Assembly (NCBI GenBank): GCA_964629655.1
Contig: CAZVQU010000002.1
Coordinates: 226,814-290,813, forward strand
Direction: 5' to 3'
From: an uncultured Planctomycetia bacterium
GTDB taxonomy: Bacteria; Omnitrophota; Gorgyraeia; Duberdicusellales; 4484-171
Length of the DNA: 64,000 bases
Below are positions 9,842-19,957 of the stretch, one piece after another. The notes under the pieces were generated by a model. The model did no database searches, was not told the origin of the DNA, and saw nothing but the letters and a program-made list of their open reading frames with translations. The translations under genes were made by a program, and so were the position numbers. Every line of letters starts with the position of its first letter. The stretch's first letter is position 1.

Positions 9842-10752
9842 TGTTTAAAGAGTTTTTCTGCTTTCTTTAATTCTTTTTTCTCATTTGCACTTATTTTCAT
9901 CTCGACAATCTTATCTGCGCCTTTGCGATTAATCAAGCAAGGAACTCCTAAGCAAACGTTATTCAACCCGTACTCACCCTGTAGGTATACTGATACCGGT
10001 ATAACTACATTAGCATCCTTTGCTATTGCCTCAATCAAAGAACAACAAGATAAAGCCGGAGCAAAATTAGCACTTCGGTTTTTCAAAAGTCCGACAATCT
10101 CTGCTCCTCTAAGTTGTGTCCTCTCTCGTATCTGGCCAGGGCTCACTTTTCTCGAAACTGCTGTGATGGACTTACCTTTAACCTTTATTCTTTGTAAAGG
10201 AATAATCATATCCTTACTATGCGGCCCATAAGCAAAGCCTTCCAAAGAAGATACTGGAGCCTTAGTCGTTTTATGAATAATATTAAGAAGACGGCTGGTA
10301 TCTAAAGATGAACCCATACCGATTACCCTTTGACGATTAAATTTTGTTTCCTTAGCTACTACATAAGTAATAAAATCCAAAGGATTAGTCACTACGATTA
10401 CTATTGCCGATGGTGCAAGTTTTTTTATTCTTTTAGATACATCTTTAGCTACTTCTGAATTAATCCTTAGAAGATCCAAGCGGGTCATACCTTTTTTGCG
10501 AGCTATGCCGGCAGTAAATATCACTATATCTGAATTACTAATAAGGGAGTAGTTTTTACCTGCTTTTACCTTGGTAGAAAAACCCAAGAACCCCCGGGTA
10601 TCTTCTAAATCCAAAGCAACCCCCTTGGCTAAATCCTCACAAATATCTATGAGAACAAGCTCTTTGGGTGCTAACCAAGCCAAAACATTAAAAGCTAGGG
10701 TTGAACCAACCCCGCCACTGCCAATTATCGAGATTTTTTTGATCTCTTTCAC
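9829..10752 (-). CDS. mdh: LDH-like malate dehydrogenase
   Basis: IIGSGGVG, TAGIARKKGMTRLDL (Arg at the MDH specificity position), NPLD, LDTSR, catalytic His in GPH. Confidence 0.82.
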   Translation of the reverse strand: MKEIKKISIIGSGGVGSTLAFNVLAWLAPKELVLIDICEDLAKGVALDLEDTRGFLGFSTKVKAGKNYSLISNSDIVIFTAGIARKKGMTRLDLLRINSEVAKDVSKRIKKLAPSAIVIVVTNPLDFITYVVAKETKFNRQRVIGMGSSLDTSRLLNIIHKTTKAPVSSLEGFAYGPHSKDMIIPLQRIKVKGKSITAVSRKVSPGQIRERTQLRGAEIVGLLKNRSANFAPALSCCSLIEAIAKDANVVIPVSVYLQGEYGLNNVCLGVPCLINRKGADKIVEMKISANEKKELKKAEKLFKQCMK

Positions 10753-11843
10753 TTTTTCAACTCTTTAATTCTTTTGATAATCGCTAAAGCAGTTTCTTTA
10801 GTGCCCACAGCAGCAGGATCATCTCGGGTAGGTTTTAAATCATAAGTCACAGATGAATTATCCCTAATTACGTCTTCAATAGCCTGCTCTAGAATTTCAG
10901 CTTGTTTTTTCTCGCCTAGATGTTTCAGCATAAGAGAAGCTGAAAGAATGGTAGCAATAGGATTTACTTTGTTCTTACCGGCATACTTAGGGGCACTTCC
11001 GTGAGTCGGTTCAAAGACAGCCATTGCATCACCAATGTTTGCTCCAGCCGCTAAACCTAACCCCCCTATTAGTCCTGCGCCTAAGTCTGAAATTATATCT
11101 CCATATAAGTTAGGCAAGACTAAAACATCAAAAAACTTTGGTCGCTTAGTTAGCTGCATTGCTAAATTATCAACAATAACGTCACTGGCCTCAACCTTTC
11201 CTTCATACTCCTTGGCTATTTCGTAGAAAGTATGCAAGAATAAGCCGTCAGTGTATTTCATTATATTTGCTTTATGTACACAGCTTACCTTTTTCCGGCC
11301 ATTCTTTATAGCATACTCAAAAGCAAACCGGGTAATTCTTTCAGAGGCAAATTTAGATATCGGTTTGATTGATAGAGCACTACCCTGGCGTATCTTTTTT
11401 TCAGAAATAGCATTCATATCCTCTATTAATTTATTGGTCTCAGGAGCATTCTCGGGAAATTCAATGCCAGCATAGAGATCTTCGGTATTTTCCCGCATTA
11501 TTATTATATCTACATCTTCATGAAAAGCCGTTAGTAAGCCAAAAGATTTAATCGGCCGCATACAGACATAAAGTTCAAGGAGCTGCCTTATAGCTACATT
11601 AACCGAACGAAATCCCTTACCTACCGGAGTAGTGATCGGGCCTTTTAAGGCTACCTTGTTTCTGCGAATTGCCTCAAGAGTCCCCTCAGGAAGAAGCTTT
11701 CCGCACTCTTTTAACGCAGACTCACCGGCATAGACTCTCTCCCACTCAATATCCACCCCTAAGGCTTCAATACACTTTATGGCAGCATCGGTAACTTCCG
11801 GGCCAATACCATCACCGGGAATTAAGGTTACTTTATAACTCAT
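10749..11843 (-). CDS. Isocitrate/homoisocitrate/isopropylmalate dehydrogenase family enzyme, IDH-like
   Basis: IPGDGIGPE, ALKGPITTP...SVNVAIR (IDH-type S/N), RENTEDLY, HKANIMK, NLYGDIISD, EPTHGSAP. Confidence 0.88.
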   Translation of the reverse strand: MSYKVTLIPGDGIGPEVTDAAIKCIEALGVDIEWERVYAGESALKECGKLLPEGTLEAIRRNKVALKGPITTPVGKGFRSVNVAIRQLLELYVCMRPIKSFGLLTAFHEDVDIIIMRENTEDLYAGIEFPENAPETNKLIEDMNAISEKKIRQGSALSIKPISKFASERITRFAFEYAIKNGRKKVSCVHKANIMKYTDGLFLHTFYEIAKEYEGKVEASDVIVDNLAMQLTKRPKFFDVLVLPNLYGDIISDLGAGLIGGLGLAAGANIGDAMAVFEPTHGSAPKYAGKNKVNPIATILSASLMLKHLGEKKQAEILEQAIEDVIRDNSSVTYDLKPTRDDPAAVGTKETALAIIKRIKELKK

Positions 11844-11845
11844 AT

Positions 11846-12346
11846 CTACCCTACTTTAAATCCTTTGTGTTTCTTAAGATACTTTAGAATCCCTCCACGC
11901 TTAACTAACTCTTTTCGAAAACTGTCCCAGGGTTTAAATTCTATAACCTTGCTATTATTATTTTCAATTATTCCTTTATCAAAATTAATACTTATTGTAT
12001 CTGCTTCCTTCAAGGAAGAGGTATCAGCTTCAATCAAGGCTAAACCAATGTTAAAAGCATTGCGATAAAAAATACGGGCGAAACTCTTTGCCACCACACA
12101 AAGGACTCCGGCTTCTTTTATTACCCAGGGAGCTTGCTCCCGGGAAGAACCCATACCAAAGTTCTCTCCGGCAACAATTATTGATTTACCCGGTATCAAT
12201 TCCTCATAGAAGTTCGGCCGAATATCTTCAAAGAGATACTTAGAAAGCTCCTTCATGTCGGTAATCGAGAACTTATATCTTCCTGAGATTATCCAATCAG
12301 TATTAATGTTGTCGGTAAACTTGAATACCCTTCCCTTTAAAACCAT
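11846..12346 (-). CDS. Aconitase-family small subunit (LeuD/HacB-like)
   Basis: [38 protein letters not shown]. Confidence 0.9.
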   Translation of the reverse strand: MVLKGRVFKFTDNINTDWIISGRYKFSITDMKELSKYLFEDIRPNFYEELIPGKSIIVAGENFGMGSSREQAPWVIKEAGVLCVVAKSFARIFYRNAFNIGLALIEADTSSLKEADTISINFDKGIIENNNSKVIEFKPWDSFRKELVKRGGILKYLKKHKGFKVG

Positions 12347-12348
12347 AA

Positions 12349-13398
12349 TTACAAACTCTCGAACTCGCTGATACTCTTAACCTTACTAATTGCTGTACTT
12401 TTTGTAATAATACCCTTCTTGTAAAGCATCTTTAATGATTTATCCATAGTATTCATGCCATGCTGTGCCCCCATCTGGAGCAAAGAAGGAATCTGGGCAA
12501 TATCATTCTCCCTAATTAAGTTTCTTATTCCGGGAGTTGACACCATGACCTCGGTGGCTAAAACTCTTCCTCTAACATCAGCCCGAGGAACAAGTACTTG
12601 AGAAATTACGCCTTGTAGACACTCAGCAAGCTGAACAGTAACCTGCCGTTGCTGATGCGGTGGAAAAACATCAATTATCCTCTGAATTGTTTGAGGAGCA
12701 TCGGGAGTATGCAAGGTAGCCAAAACTAAATGCCCAGTCTCAGCAGCAGTCAGGGTAGTAGCAATTGTGCTTAAATCACGCATCTCGCCTACAACAATAA
12801 CATCTGGGTCTTGACGGAGAACCCTCTTCAAAGCTTCGGGGAAAGAATGGGTATCTGTATATAATTCTCTTTGCTTTATAATACTCTTATTGCTAGTATA
12901 AATGAATTCGATCGGATCTTCAATACACACAATCATATCCTTACGTGATTCATTGATAAAGTTAATCATTGCAGCCAGAGTAGTGCTCTTGCCGGTTCCG
13001 GTAGGTCCGGTAACTAAGACTAATCCATTGGGCTTCTGAACAAAATCATAAACTACATCCGGTAATCCTAACTCATCAAGAGCCGGAATCTTCCGGGGGA
13101 CTCGTCTTAAGGCTGCTTCGGTATTGCCCTTCTGAAGGTGAATATTTACTCTAAACCTATCCATATCCTTGAGAGCGAAAGAAAAATCTAACTCTCTATC
13201 TCTCTCAAAAATAGTTTTCTGCTCATCATTTAGCATGCTATAGATTAAACTTCTTGTCTCCTGCTTAGTTAGGGCAGGCATGTCAGCCACTACGAGTTGA
13301 CCGTCGATTCGAAAAATCGGTGGGTTACCGACAGTGACGTGCAAATCACTCGCCCCCTTCTCTTCAGTCAATTTAAGCAAAGTGGTTACAGTAGCCAT
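12349..13398 (-). CDS. pilT: Type IV pilus retraction ATPase PilT
   Basis: ASDLH, GPTGTGKSTT, IEDPIE, RQDPDVIVVGEMRD, AAETGHLVLATLHT, GIRNLIRE; strong AGGAGG RBS. Confidence 0.9.
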   Translation of the reverse strand: MATVTTLLKLTEEKGASDLHVTVGNPPIFRIDGQLVVADMPALTKQETRSLIYSMLNDEQKTIFERDRELDFSFALKDMDRFRVNIHLQKGNTEAALRRVPRKIPALDELGLPDVVYDFVQKPNGLVLVTGPTGTGKSTTLAAMINFINESRKDMIVCIEDPIEFIYTSNKSIIKQRELYTDTHSFPEALKRVLRQDPDVIVVGEMRDLSTIATTLTAAETGHLVLATLHTPDAPQTIQRIIDVFPPHQQRQVTVQLAECLQGVISQVLVPRADVRGRVLATEVMVSTPGIRNLIRENDIAQIPSLLQMGAQHGMNTMDKSLKMLYKKGIITKSTAISKVKSISEFESL

Positions 13399-13442
13399 AG
13401 CATCTGCCTCCTTCCTATTATTATATATTTATTATATAAAAC

Positions 13443-14693
13443 TTACAAATACCTTCTCGGATCAGTAATCTTACCGTTAATCGCTGAAGCTATAACTGTT
13501 GCTGGTGAAGCTAGATAGATAAAACTCTTAGCATTCCCCATCCGCCCTTTAAAGTTTCTATTAGCTGTAGAAATTGTTACTTCCCCGTCTGCCGGAACAC
13601 CCTGATGAGTCCCAACACAAGGACCACACCCAACAGGCAATATAATTGCTCCCGCCTCTATGAATGTCTTTATTATACCCTTTTGTAATGCCTTTAAAAA
13701 AATATCACGAGAGGCTGGTGCCACCAATAGCTTAGTATCCTTACCTACCTTCCTTCCGGCTATAACCTTAGCACCAATTTCTAAGTCCTCTAGGCGTCCA
13801 TTGGTACAGGTACCCAAAAATGCTTGGTTAATTTTTGTCCCTTCAACTTCTTCTACCGAAAAACCATTATCTACGTTATGAGGTTTAGCCACTTGCGGAG
13901 ACAACTTAGAAATATCATATTCAATCATTCTCTCATAACTACAATTTTTATCAGGTTGAATTGGTTTGATTTTCTTTAGGCCTTGGTTTTGGAGAAAAGC
14001 CATGACTTTTGCATCAGGCGCAATCAACCCGCACTTTGCGCCAAACTCAATAGTCATATTGGTAATAGTGAACCTGGCATCTAAAGATAGCTTATTGATA
14101 ACTTCTCCGGAAAATTCTACTGACTTATAGGTGGCTCCATTAGCCCCTAAGTCACTAATTATATGCAGAATAACATCCTTGCTGTAGACTCCCTTAGGCA
14201 TCCTCCCCTTAATGATTATTTTTTGAGTCTCGGGAACCTTAAACCAATTCTTCCCGGTGGTAATGGCTACGGCTAAGTCAGTAGAACCAACTCCAAAAGC
14301 TGCAGCACCTAGGGCACCGGCAGTTGAAGTATGCGAGTCAGCCCCCAAAATGAGTGCGCCCGGGTAAGCGAATCTCTCCTCAATTACTAATTGATGTGAA
14401 ATGCCGCACCCAACGTCAAAGAATAAATTCTTATTTTTTTTCGAAAAGTGGCGCATGCCGGAATGAACTCTGGATACGCCAAGATTTGGAGAAGGGCTGC
14501 TGTGGTCAATAAACATCGCATACTTCTTGGGAACAAGAACTTTGCTCTTTGATTTATTGATACTGTCTAAAACTAAGGATGTAGTGCCATCCTGAGAAAA
14601 GCAAAAATCAACTTTGCATATCCCAACGTCTCCCGCTTTCAATGAAGAGTTCGAATGAGAAGAGAGTATCTTCTCAATTATCGTTTTAGCCAT
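13443..14693 (-). CDS. Aconitase-family large subunit (LeuC/HacA-like), 4Fe-4S
   Basis: DH, GISHQ, GADSHT, FLGTCTNGR, GCGPCVG, STANRNFKGRMG, YLASP. Confidence 0.92.
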   Translation of the reverse strand: MAKTIIEKILSSHSNSSLKAGDVGICKVDFCFSQDGTTSLVLDSINKSKSKVLVPKKYAMFIDHSSPSPNLGVSRVHSGMRHFSKKNKNLFFDVGCGISHQLVIEERFAYPGALILGADSHTSTAGALGAAAFGVGSTDLAVAITTGKNWFKVPETQKIIIKGRMPKGVYSKDVILHIISDLGANGATYKSVEFSGEVINKLSLDARFTITNMTIEFGAKCGLIAPDAKVMAFLQNQGLKKIKPIQPDKNCSYERMIEYDISKLSPQVAKPHNVDNGFSVEEVEGTKINQAFLGTCTNGRLEDLEIGAKVIAGRKVGKDTKLLVAPASRDIFLKALQKGIIKTFIEAGAIILPVGCGPCVGTHQGVPADGEVTISTANRNFKGRMGNAKSFIYLASPATVIASAINGKITDPRRYL

Positions 14694-14696
14694 TTA

Positions 14697-15857
14697 TTAT
14701 TTCTTTAAAGTAGTTAGAAACTCTCCTACCCTTTGGACACCCTTAGCAATCTGCTCCAAAGAGGCTGAAAAACTGAATCTTAGATACCCCTCTCGGCCAA
14801 AAGGATCTGCTGGTATAGCAGAAGTCAGGAAGTTTTCCAATAGTCGGGTTGAAAAATCAAAAGAACCCAAGCCACTACCCCGAACATCACAGAATAAATA
14901 GAAAGTGCCTTGGGGTTTAACCGGTTTTAACTCTGGAAAATTTGAGAGACCTTCCCAGATAGCATCACGCCTGACTTGAAATTTATCTCTTATCTCGCCT
15001 TGCCAATCTTTATTACCCAAAGCAGCTAAAGCTGCGCTTTGCGATATAGAGCAAGCACAAGAGGTAGTATGATCAATTATCTTCGAAGTCTCATTAATTA
15101 TTCTTTCACCAGCCGCTAGATAGCCGATGCGCCAACCGGTCATCGAGAATGTTTTTGAAAAACCATTTATGGTTATGGTCGACTCAAAAGCTCCTGGCAA
15201 AGAAGCAAAACTTGTATGCTTACGGCCATCATAGGTTAAAACTTCATATATCTCATCACTAAGGACAAAAATCTTCTTCTTCTTAACTATTTCAAGAATT
15301 GCCTCCAATTCTTCCTGTGAATAAGTTATCCCGGTAGGGTTACTTGGGTAATTAAGAATTAGAAGTTTAGTTTTAGGGGTTATGGCTTTTTCTAACTCTG
15401 CTGGATCAATCTTGAAGCCATTAGATCTCTTGGTAGGTAAAACTACTGTTTTTGCCAAAGTAAGCTTAACCATCTCAGGATAGCTCACCCAATAAGGCGA
15501 AGGTATGATTACCTCATCGCCAGGCGCTAACAGGCTAAACATAGCTACAAAGATAGAGTACTTCGCGCCAGAGGTAACAATTATATTACTGGCAGAAGCC
15601 TTTATGCTGTTTTCTCGGTTCAGTTTAGCGGCTATTGCTTCTTTTAGTTCGACCCTTCCGGCAGAGGGGGTATACTTAGTAAGCCCCTTATCAATAGCAG
15701 TCTTAGCTTCTTCTTTTATAAACAGAGGGGTGTCGAAATCTGGCTCACCACCAGCGAAATTTACGACATCCTTACCTTCTCTTATTAATTTTTTAGTTAA
15801 GGCGGTTATCTTTAAAGTGGCTGATTTATTAAGCGAAGAAACCTGTGGATTTATCAT
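14697..15857 (-). CDS. Class I PLP aminotransferase (aspartate aminotransferase-like)
   Basis: GEPDFDTP, PYWVSY, NYPSNPTG, SDEIY, FSKTFSMTGWRIGY. Confidence 0.9.
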   Translation of the reverse strand: MINPQVSSLNKSATLKITALTKKLIREGKDVVNFAGGEPDFDTPLFIKEEAKTAIDKGLTKYTPSAGRVELKEAIAAKLNRENSIKASASNIIVTSGAKYSIFVAMFSLLAPGDEVIIPSPYWVSYPEMVKLTLAKTVVLPTKRSNGFKIDPAELEKAITPKTKLLILNYPSNPTGITYSQEELEAILEIVKKKKIFVLSDEIYEVLTYDGRKHTSFASLPGAFESTITINGFSKTFSMTGWRIGYLAAGERIINETSKIIDHTTSCACSISQSAALAALGNKDWQGEIRDKFQVRRDAIWEGLSNFPELKPVKPQGTFYLFCDVRGSGLGSFDFSTRLLENFLTSAIPADPFGREGYLRFSFSASLEQIAKGVQRVGEFLTTLKK

Positions 15858-15906
15858 AACCCCCTCCCCTTGATTAAATTTTAAGAAAAACGCTCTGTCT
15901 TCTCTT

Positions 15907-16428
15907 CTAGAGAGCGTCTTTATCTTTTTTAAAGATCTTTCTTACACCGGAGGTAAAACCCTTTTTAGACTTTACTTCCTTCTTAAGAGGAACTTTCTTC
16001 TGATCCTCTGCCTTAAGAGCTTCTTTGGGTTCAGCCTCTTTTACTTTTTTCTTACGCGGCTTATCTATCTTAACAAGCCTTGTCAATTCGATAAGAGAAA
16101 GTGGAGCTCCATCGCCCTTGCGATTACTCACACGCAACGTACGAGTATACCCTCCGCTGATATCCCTAAAACGCGGTGCAATTTCATTAAAAAGCCTCTT
16201 TACCAACTTATGGTCTCCGAGGACTCGATACACAAGGCGCCTGTCGGATAAAGCCCCTTTCTTAGCCCAGGTAATCACTCTATCAACTTCACCTTTCAGA
16301 TACTTAGCTCGGGAAGTAGTTGTAGTTATCCTTTCGTTAATAATAATAGCCCTTAGCAACGACTTAACCAGAGCCTTTCTTTGGGCTCGTGAACGTGAGA
16401 ATTTTTCGCTCTTCTTCCTGTGTCTCAT
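15907..16428 (-). CDS. rplQ: 50S ribosomal protein L17 with long basic C-terminal tail
   Basis: MRHRK, ERITTT, GGYTR, RKGDGA; follows rpoA. Confidence 0.96.
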   Translation of the reverse strand: MRHRKKSEKFSRSRAQRKALVKSLLRAIIINERITTTTSRAKYLKGEVDRVITWAKKGALSDRRLVYRVLGDHKLVKRLFNEIAPRFRDISGGYTRTLRVSNRKGDGAPLSLIELTRLVKIDKPRKKKVKEAEPKEALKAEDQKKVPLKKEVKSKKGFTSGVRKIFKKDKDAL

Positions 16429-17411
16429 ACTAAATTTAATTTATCTTTGTCTACTTTTGCTCCTAAAGAAAGTCCCATTGTCTTAAGCAGTGCTATAACC
16501 TCATTCAAAGATTTCTTACCAAAATTCCTATAGGATAGAATTTCTGGCTCTGTCTTCTCAACTAATTCAACCAAAGTTTTTATATTGGCTTCACGAAGAC
16601 AATTGTTGCTACGCACTGAAAGCTCTAATTCTGAAACCGGAAGCTTTAGCTTTTCATAGAACGAAGACTCTTCAGGAGTCAACTCCTCATATTCTTCTTC
16701 AGGAAGTTCACCCAAGGTGAAGAAAAGCTCCAAATGTTTATTCATCGCCTTGGCGGCATAAATCAAAGCCTCTTTAGGTTCAATGCTGGCATTAGTAAAA
16801 ATCTCCAAAATCAACTTATCGTAATCAGTTCTCTTGCCAACACGAGTATTTTCTACCTTAAAAGCCACACGTTTAACCGGAGTAAACACAGAATCAACCG
16901 GAATAACCCCTAAAGGCATGCCTTCGCGCTTATTAACATCAGCAGGAACAAATCCCCTGCCTCTGCCTACTTCCATCTCGATATTTAACTTTGCCTTTTT
17001 GGAAGTAATGGTAGCAATATGCAGGTCAGGATTTATTACCTCGATAGTCTCATCAGTTATAATATCCTTTGCCTTTATCTCTCCTTCGCCGCTACCCTTA
17101 ATTGTGATTTTTTTCGGCGAACGAGAATATGACCGTAAAACAAGATTCTTGATGTTAAGTATGATCTCAGGGACATCCTCTAGGATTCCTTCTATGGTTG
17201 AGAACTCATGGGAAACCCCGTCTATCTTAACCGAAGTTACTGCTGCGCCTTCAATAGAAGAAAGGAGAACCCTCCTTAAGCTATTACCTAAGGTCACCCC
17301 GTAGCCTCTCTCTAAGGGTTCAGCAATAATTCTACCATAGTTTGGGCTATACGAATCTTGCTCAACTGCTATTCGTTTAGGAAACTGAAAATCCCGCCAG
17401 GTTATCCCCAT
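16425..17411 (-). CDS. rpoA: RNA polymerase alpha subunit
   Basis: EPLERGYGVTLGNSLRRVLLSS, ELELSVRSNNCL, RNFGKKSL. Confidence 0.98.
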   Translation of the reverse strand: MGITWRDFQFPKRIAVEQDSYSPNYGRIIAEPLERGYGVTLGNSLRRVLLSSIEGAAVTSVKIDGVSHEFSTIEGILEDVPEIILNIKNLVLRSYSRSPKKITIKGSGEGEIKAKDIITDETIEVINPDLHIATITSKKAKLNIEMEVGRGRGFVPADVNKREGMPLGVIPVDSVFTPVKRVAFKVENTRVGKRTDYDKLILEIFTNASIEPKEALIYAAKAMNKHLELFFTLGELPEEEYEELTPEESSFYEKLKLPVSELELSVRSNNCLREANIKTLVELVEKTEPEILSYRNFGKKSLNEVIALLKTMGLSLGAKVDKDKLNLV

Positions 17412-17428
17412 CTTTTACCTCCTCAAAT

Positions 17429-18058
17429 TTATTTCGAATAAAGTTCTACGATTAATTGTTCATTAACCGGAATGACTAAATCTTCTTTTTCAGGAAGACG
17501 TAAAATTTTTACCTTAAGATTATTATTATCTACCTGTATCCAAGTAGGAACACTTCTTTCTTTTGAGTTTACTTCAATATTTCCTTTTAAATCTGCTTTT
17601 ATATTATCTTTTGCTCTTATCTCAATTGTTTGCCCTTCTTTAACTATATATGATGGTATATTTACTCTCTTCCCACCAATAAATACAAATCCATGTTGTA
17701 CTACTTGCCGAGCATGATTACGAGAGAAAGCGAAAAGAGTGCGATAAATAATATTATCCAATCGCCTCTCCAGGAATTGAATTAATACTCTCCCGGTAAC
17801 TCCCCGGGTCTTATGAGCAAGCATAAAAAATCTCTTAAACTGCTTCTCCAGCATCCCGTACATTCTCTTTACCTTCTGCTTCTCCTTTAACTGTAAGGCA
17901 TAAGTACTAGGCTTCGAACGTTTCATAACAGCACTTCCCGGAGGTGTGGGCCGTTTAGAAAACGAACACTTCTCAGTTATGCACCTCGAACCCTTTATGA
18001 ATAACTTTTCCCCGGCTCTGCGGCATAATCTACACTTTGCATCTGTATATCTTCCCAT
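17429..18058 (-). CDS. rpsD: 30S ribosomal protein S4
   Basis: Start trimmed to MGRYT (ATG at 18058); CRLCRR, LKEKQK, ERRLDN, IVELYSK. Confidence 0.96.
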   Translation of the reverse strand: MGRYTDAKCRLCRRAGEKLFIKGSRCITEKCSFSKRPTPPGSAVMKRSKPSTYALQLKEKQKVKRMYGMLEKQFKRFFMLAHKTRGVTGRVLIQFLERRLDNIIYRTLFAFSRNHARQVVQHGFVFIGGKRVNIPSYIVKEGQTIEIRAKDNIKADLKGNIEVNSKERSVPTWIQVDNNNLKVKILRLPEKEDLVIPVNEQLIVELYSK

Positions 18059-18059
18059 G

Positions 18060-18452
18060 CTATACTCTCCTCTTCTTCTTTGGCCTACATCCATTATGAG
18101 GTATAGGAGTAATGTCTTTTATTTTCTTCACGCTCAATCCTGCAGCTTGAAGAGATCTAATAGCTGACTCTCTTCCCGGACCAGGGCCTTTGACTAAAAC
18201 CTCCAACTCTCTTAAGCCCATCTCTCTAACCTGTTTCGCTGCATTAAAAGAAGCGATTTGTGCTGCGTAAGGAGTAGACTTCTTGGTACCCTTAAACCCT
18301 ACTGCTCCGGCTGAAGCCCAAGCTAAAACATTTCCTTTTAAGTCAGTAATAGATATTATTGTATTGTTAAAAGTCGCTTTGATATGGGCTACGCCGATGC
18401 TAGACGCTAACTGAATCTTCTTTTTTCTTTCTTTTCTCTTCTTTTTAGCCAT
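18060..18452 (-). CDS. rpsK: 30S ribosomal protein S11
   Basis: [34 protein letters not shown]. Confidence 0.98.
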   Translation of the reverse strand: MAKKKRKERKKKIQLASSIGVAHIKATFNNTIISITDLKGNVLAWASAGAVGFKGTKKSTPYAAQIASFNAAKQVREMGLRELEVLVKGPGPGRESAIRSLQAAGLSVKKIKDITPIPHNGCRPKKKRRV

Positions 18453-18466
18453 TATTACTCCTAATA

Positions 18467-18835
18467 TTACTTTTTAATTCCGCCTACTCTCGGCTTAGGG
18501 CCCTTACGAGTGCGGGCATTGCAACGAGTCCGCTGGCCTCGAACCGGAAGCCCCTTTTTGTGGCGTGACCCCCGATAGCTGCTTATATCGATTAATCTCC
18601 GTATGTTTTGAGAGATTTCGCGGCGTAATTCTCCCTCAGTCCGGTAATTGCTCTGAATGAACGAAGCGATCTGAGAAACCTCTTCCTCGTTCAAATCTGA
18701 TGCCTTTCTCTCAGGATCTATCCCAATATCATTAAGGATTTTAGCGGAATTTGACGGACCGATACCATAAATATACCTTAAGGCAATTTTTATCTTCTTA
18801 TTTTTAGGAATGTCTACACCGAAAATTCTTGGCAT
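18467..18835 (-). CDS. rpsM: 30S ribosomal protein S13
   Basis: [20 protein letters not shown]. Confidence 0.98.
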   Translation of the reverse strand: MPRIFGVDIPKNKKIKIALRYIYGIGPSNSAKILNDIGIDPERKASDLNEEEVSQIASFIQSNYRTEGELRREISQNIRRLIDISSYRGSRHKKGLPVRGQRTRCNARTRKGPKPRVGGIKK

Positions 18836-18852
18836 TATAACACCTCTCTACT

Positions 18853-18966
18853 TTACCCTTGCCTCTGTTTGTGCTTAGGGTTTTTACAGATTACTCTCAC
18901 AACCCTCTTCCTCTTTATTATCTTGCACTTATCACAAATTCTTTTAACTGACGCTTTAACTTTCAT
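18853..18966 (-). CDS. rpmJ: 50S ribosomal protein L36 (Zn-binding type)
   Basis: Below the ORF-track cutoff. Hand translation [37 protein letters not shown]; between infA and rpsM. Confidence 0.97.
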   Translation of the reverse strand: MKVKASVKRICDKCKIIKRKRVVRVICKNPKHKQRQG

Positions 18967-18977
18967 TTCATCTACCT

Positions 18978-19196
18978 TTATTTCTCTCTATAAGTTATTC
19001 TTCCTCTTGTTAAATCATAAGGGGAAAGCTCAACCTTCACCTTATCCCCGGGAAGAATCCTAATAAAATGCATTCGCATCTTACCGGAAACGTGGGCAAG
19101 AACAACGTGATCATTTTCCAGCTTCACCCTAAACATCGCATTTGGTAAAGCTTCTATTATCTCACCCTCAGCCGCAATTAATTCTTCTTTTGCCAT
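18978..19196 (-). CDS. infA: Translation initiation factor IF-1
   Basis: [35 protein letters not shown]. Confidence 0.98.
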   Translation of the reverse strand: MAKEELIAAEGEIIEALPNAMFRVKLENDHVVLAHVSGKMRMHFIRILPGDKVKVELSPYDLTRGRITYREK

Positions 19197-19210
19197 ATTT
19201 ATCTTTATGC

Positions 19211-19957
19211 TTACTTAGTTAATATCCAGGGTCCCTTTTTAGTTATCGCTATTGTATGCTCAAAATGAGCTGATAAAGAATTATCTCTGGTTTTAGCAGT
19301 CCAGCCGTCACTTGACACATCTACGTTAAAGTCGCCGGATGAAACCATAGGTTCAACAGCAATAACGTACCCTTCTAGCAATTCTTCCCCACAATCGACA
19401 TTTCCAAAATTAGGAACTTCTGGTGGTGAATGCAAACTTCTACCTATTCCATGGCCGACAAATCTTCTAATAACCGAAAAACCATTTTCCTCTACGCATC
19501 TTTGAACGGCCGAGCTTACATCCCCTATTTTCTTGCCAACCTTTATTTGGCTTATCCCTTGCTTAAGCGATTCTTGAGTAGCTTTCACTAACCTTTTTGC
19601 CAAAAGGGAAACTTTGCCTACTATATAGGTATAAGCAGTATCCACAAATAAACCCTGATACTTAATTCCCAGATCCACGCTCACTAAATCCCCGTCCTTA
19701 ACTAATCTTTGGGAAGGAATTCCGTGAATTATCTCTTCGTTAACTGAAACGCAACAGGAAGCAGGATAGCTCATAAACCCTTTAAAGGCTGCTTCCATCC
19801 CTGGATACCCGCTTATCTCTCTTTCAAAGAACTCTTCTATGTCTTTTGTCGAAATTCCTGGTTTTATGAATCTTTTTAATCTCTTTAAAATCGTTGCCGC
19901 CACCTTGCCTGCCTTCCGCATTATTTTTAAATCTTGGCGGCTTAAAGGTTCACTCAT
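19211..19957 (-). CDS. map: Methionine aminopeptidase type I
   Basis: [34 protein letters not shown]. Confidence 0.96.
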   Translation of the reverse strand: MSEPLSRQDLKIMRKAGKVAATILKRLKRFIKPGISTKDIEEFFEREISGYPGMEAAFKGFMSYPASCCVSVNEEIIHGIPSQRLVKDGDLVSVDLGIKYQGLFVDTAYTYIVGKVSLLAKRLVKATQESLKQGISQIKVGKKIGDVSSAVQRCVEENGFSVIRRFVGHGIGRSLHSPPEVPNFGNVDCGEELLEGYVIAVEPMVSSGDFNVDVSSDGWTAKTRDNSLSAHFEHTIAITKKGPWILTK

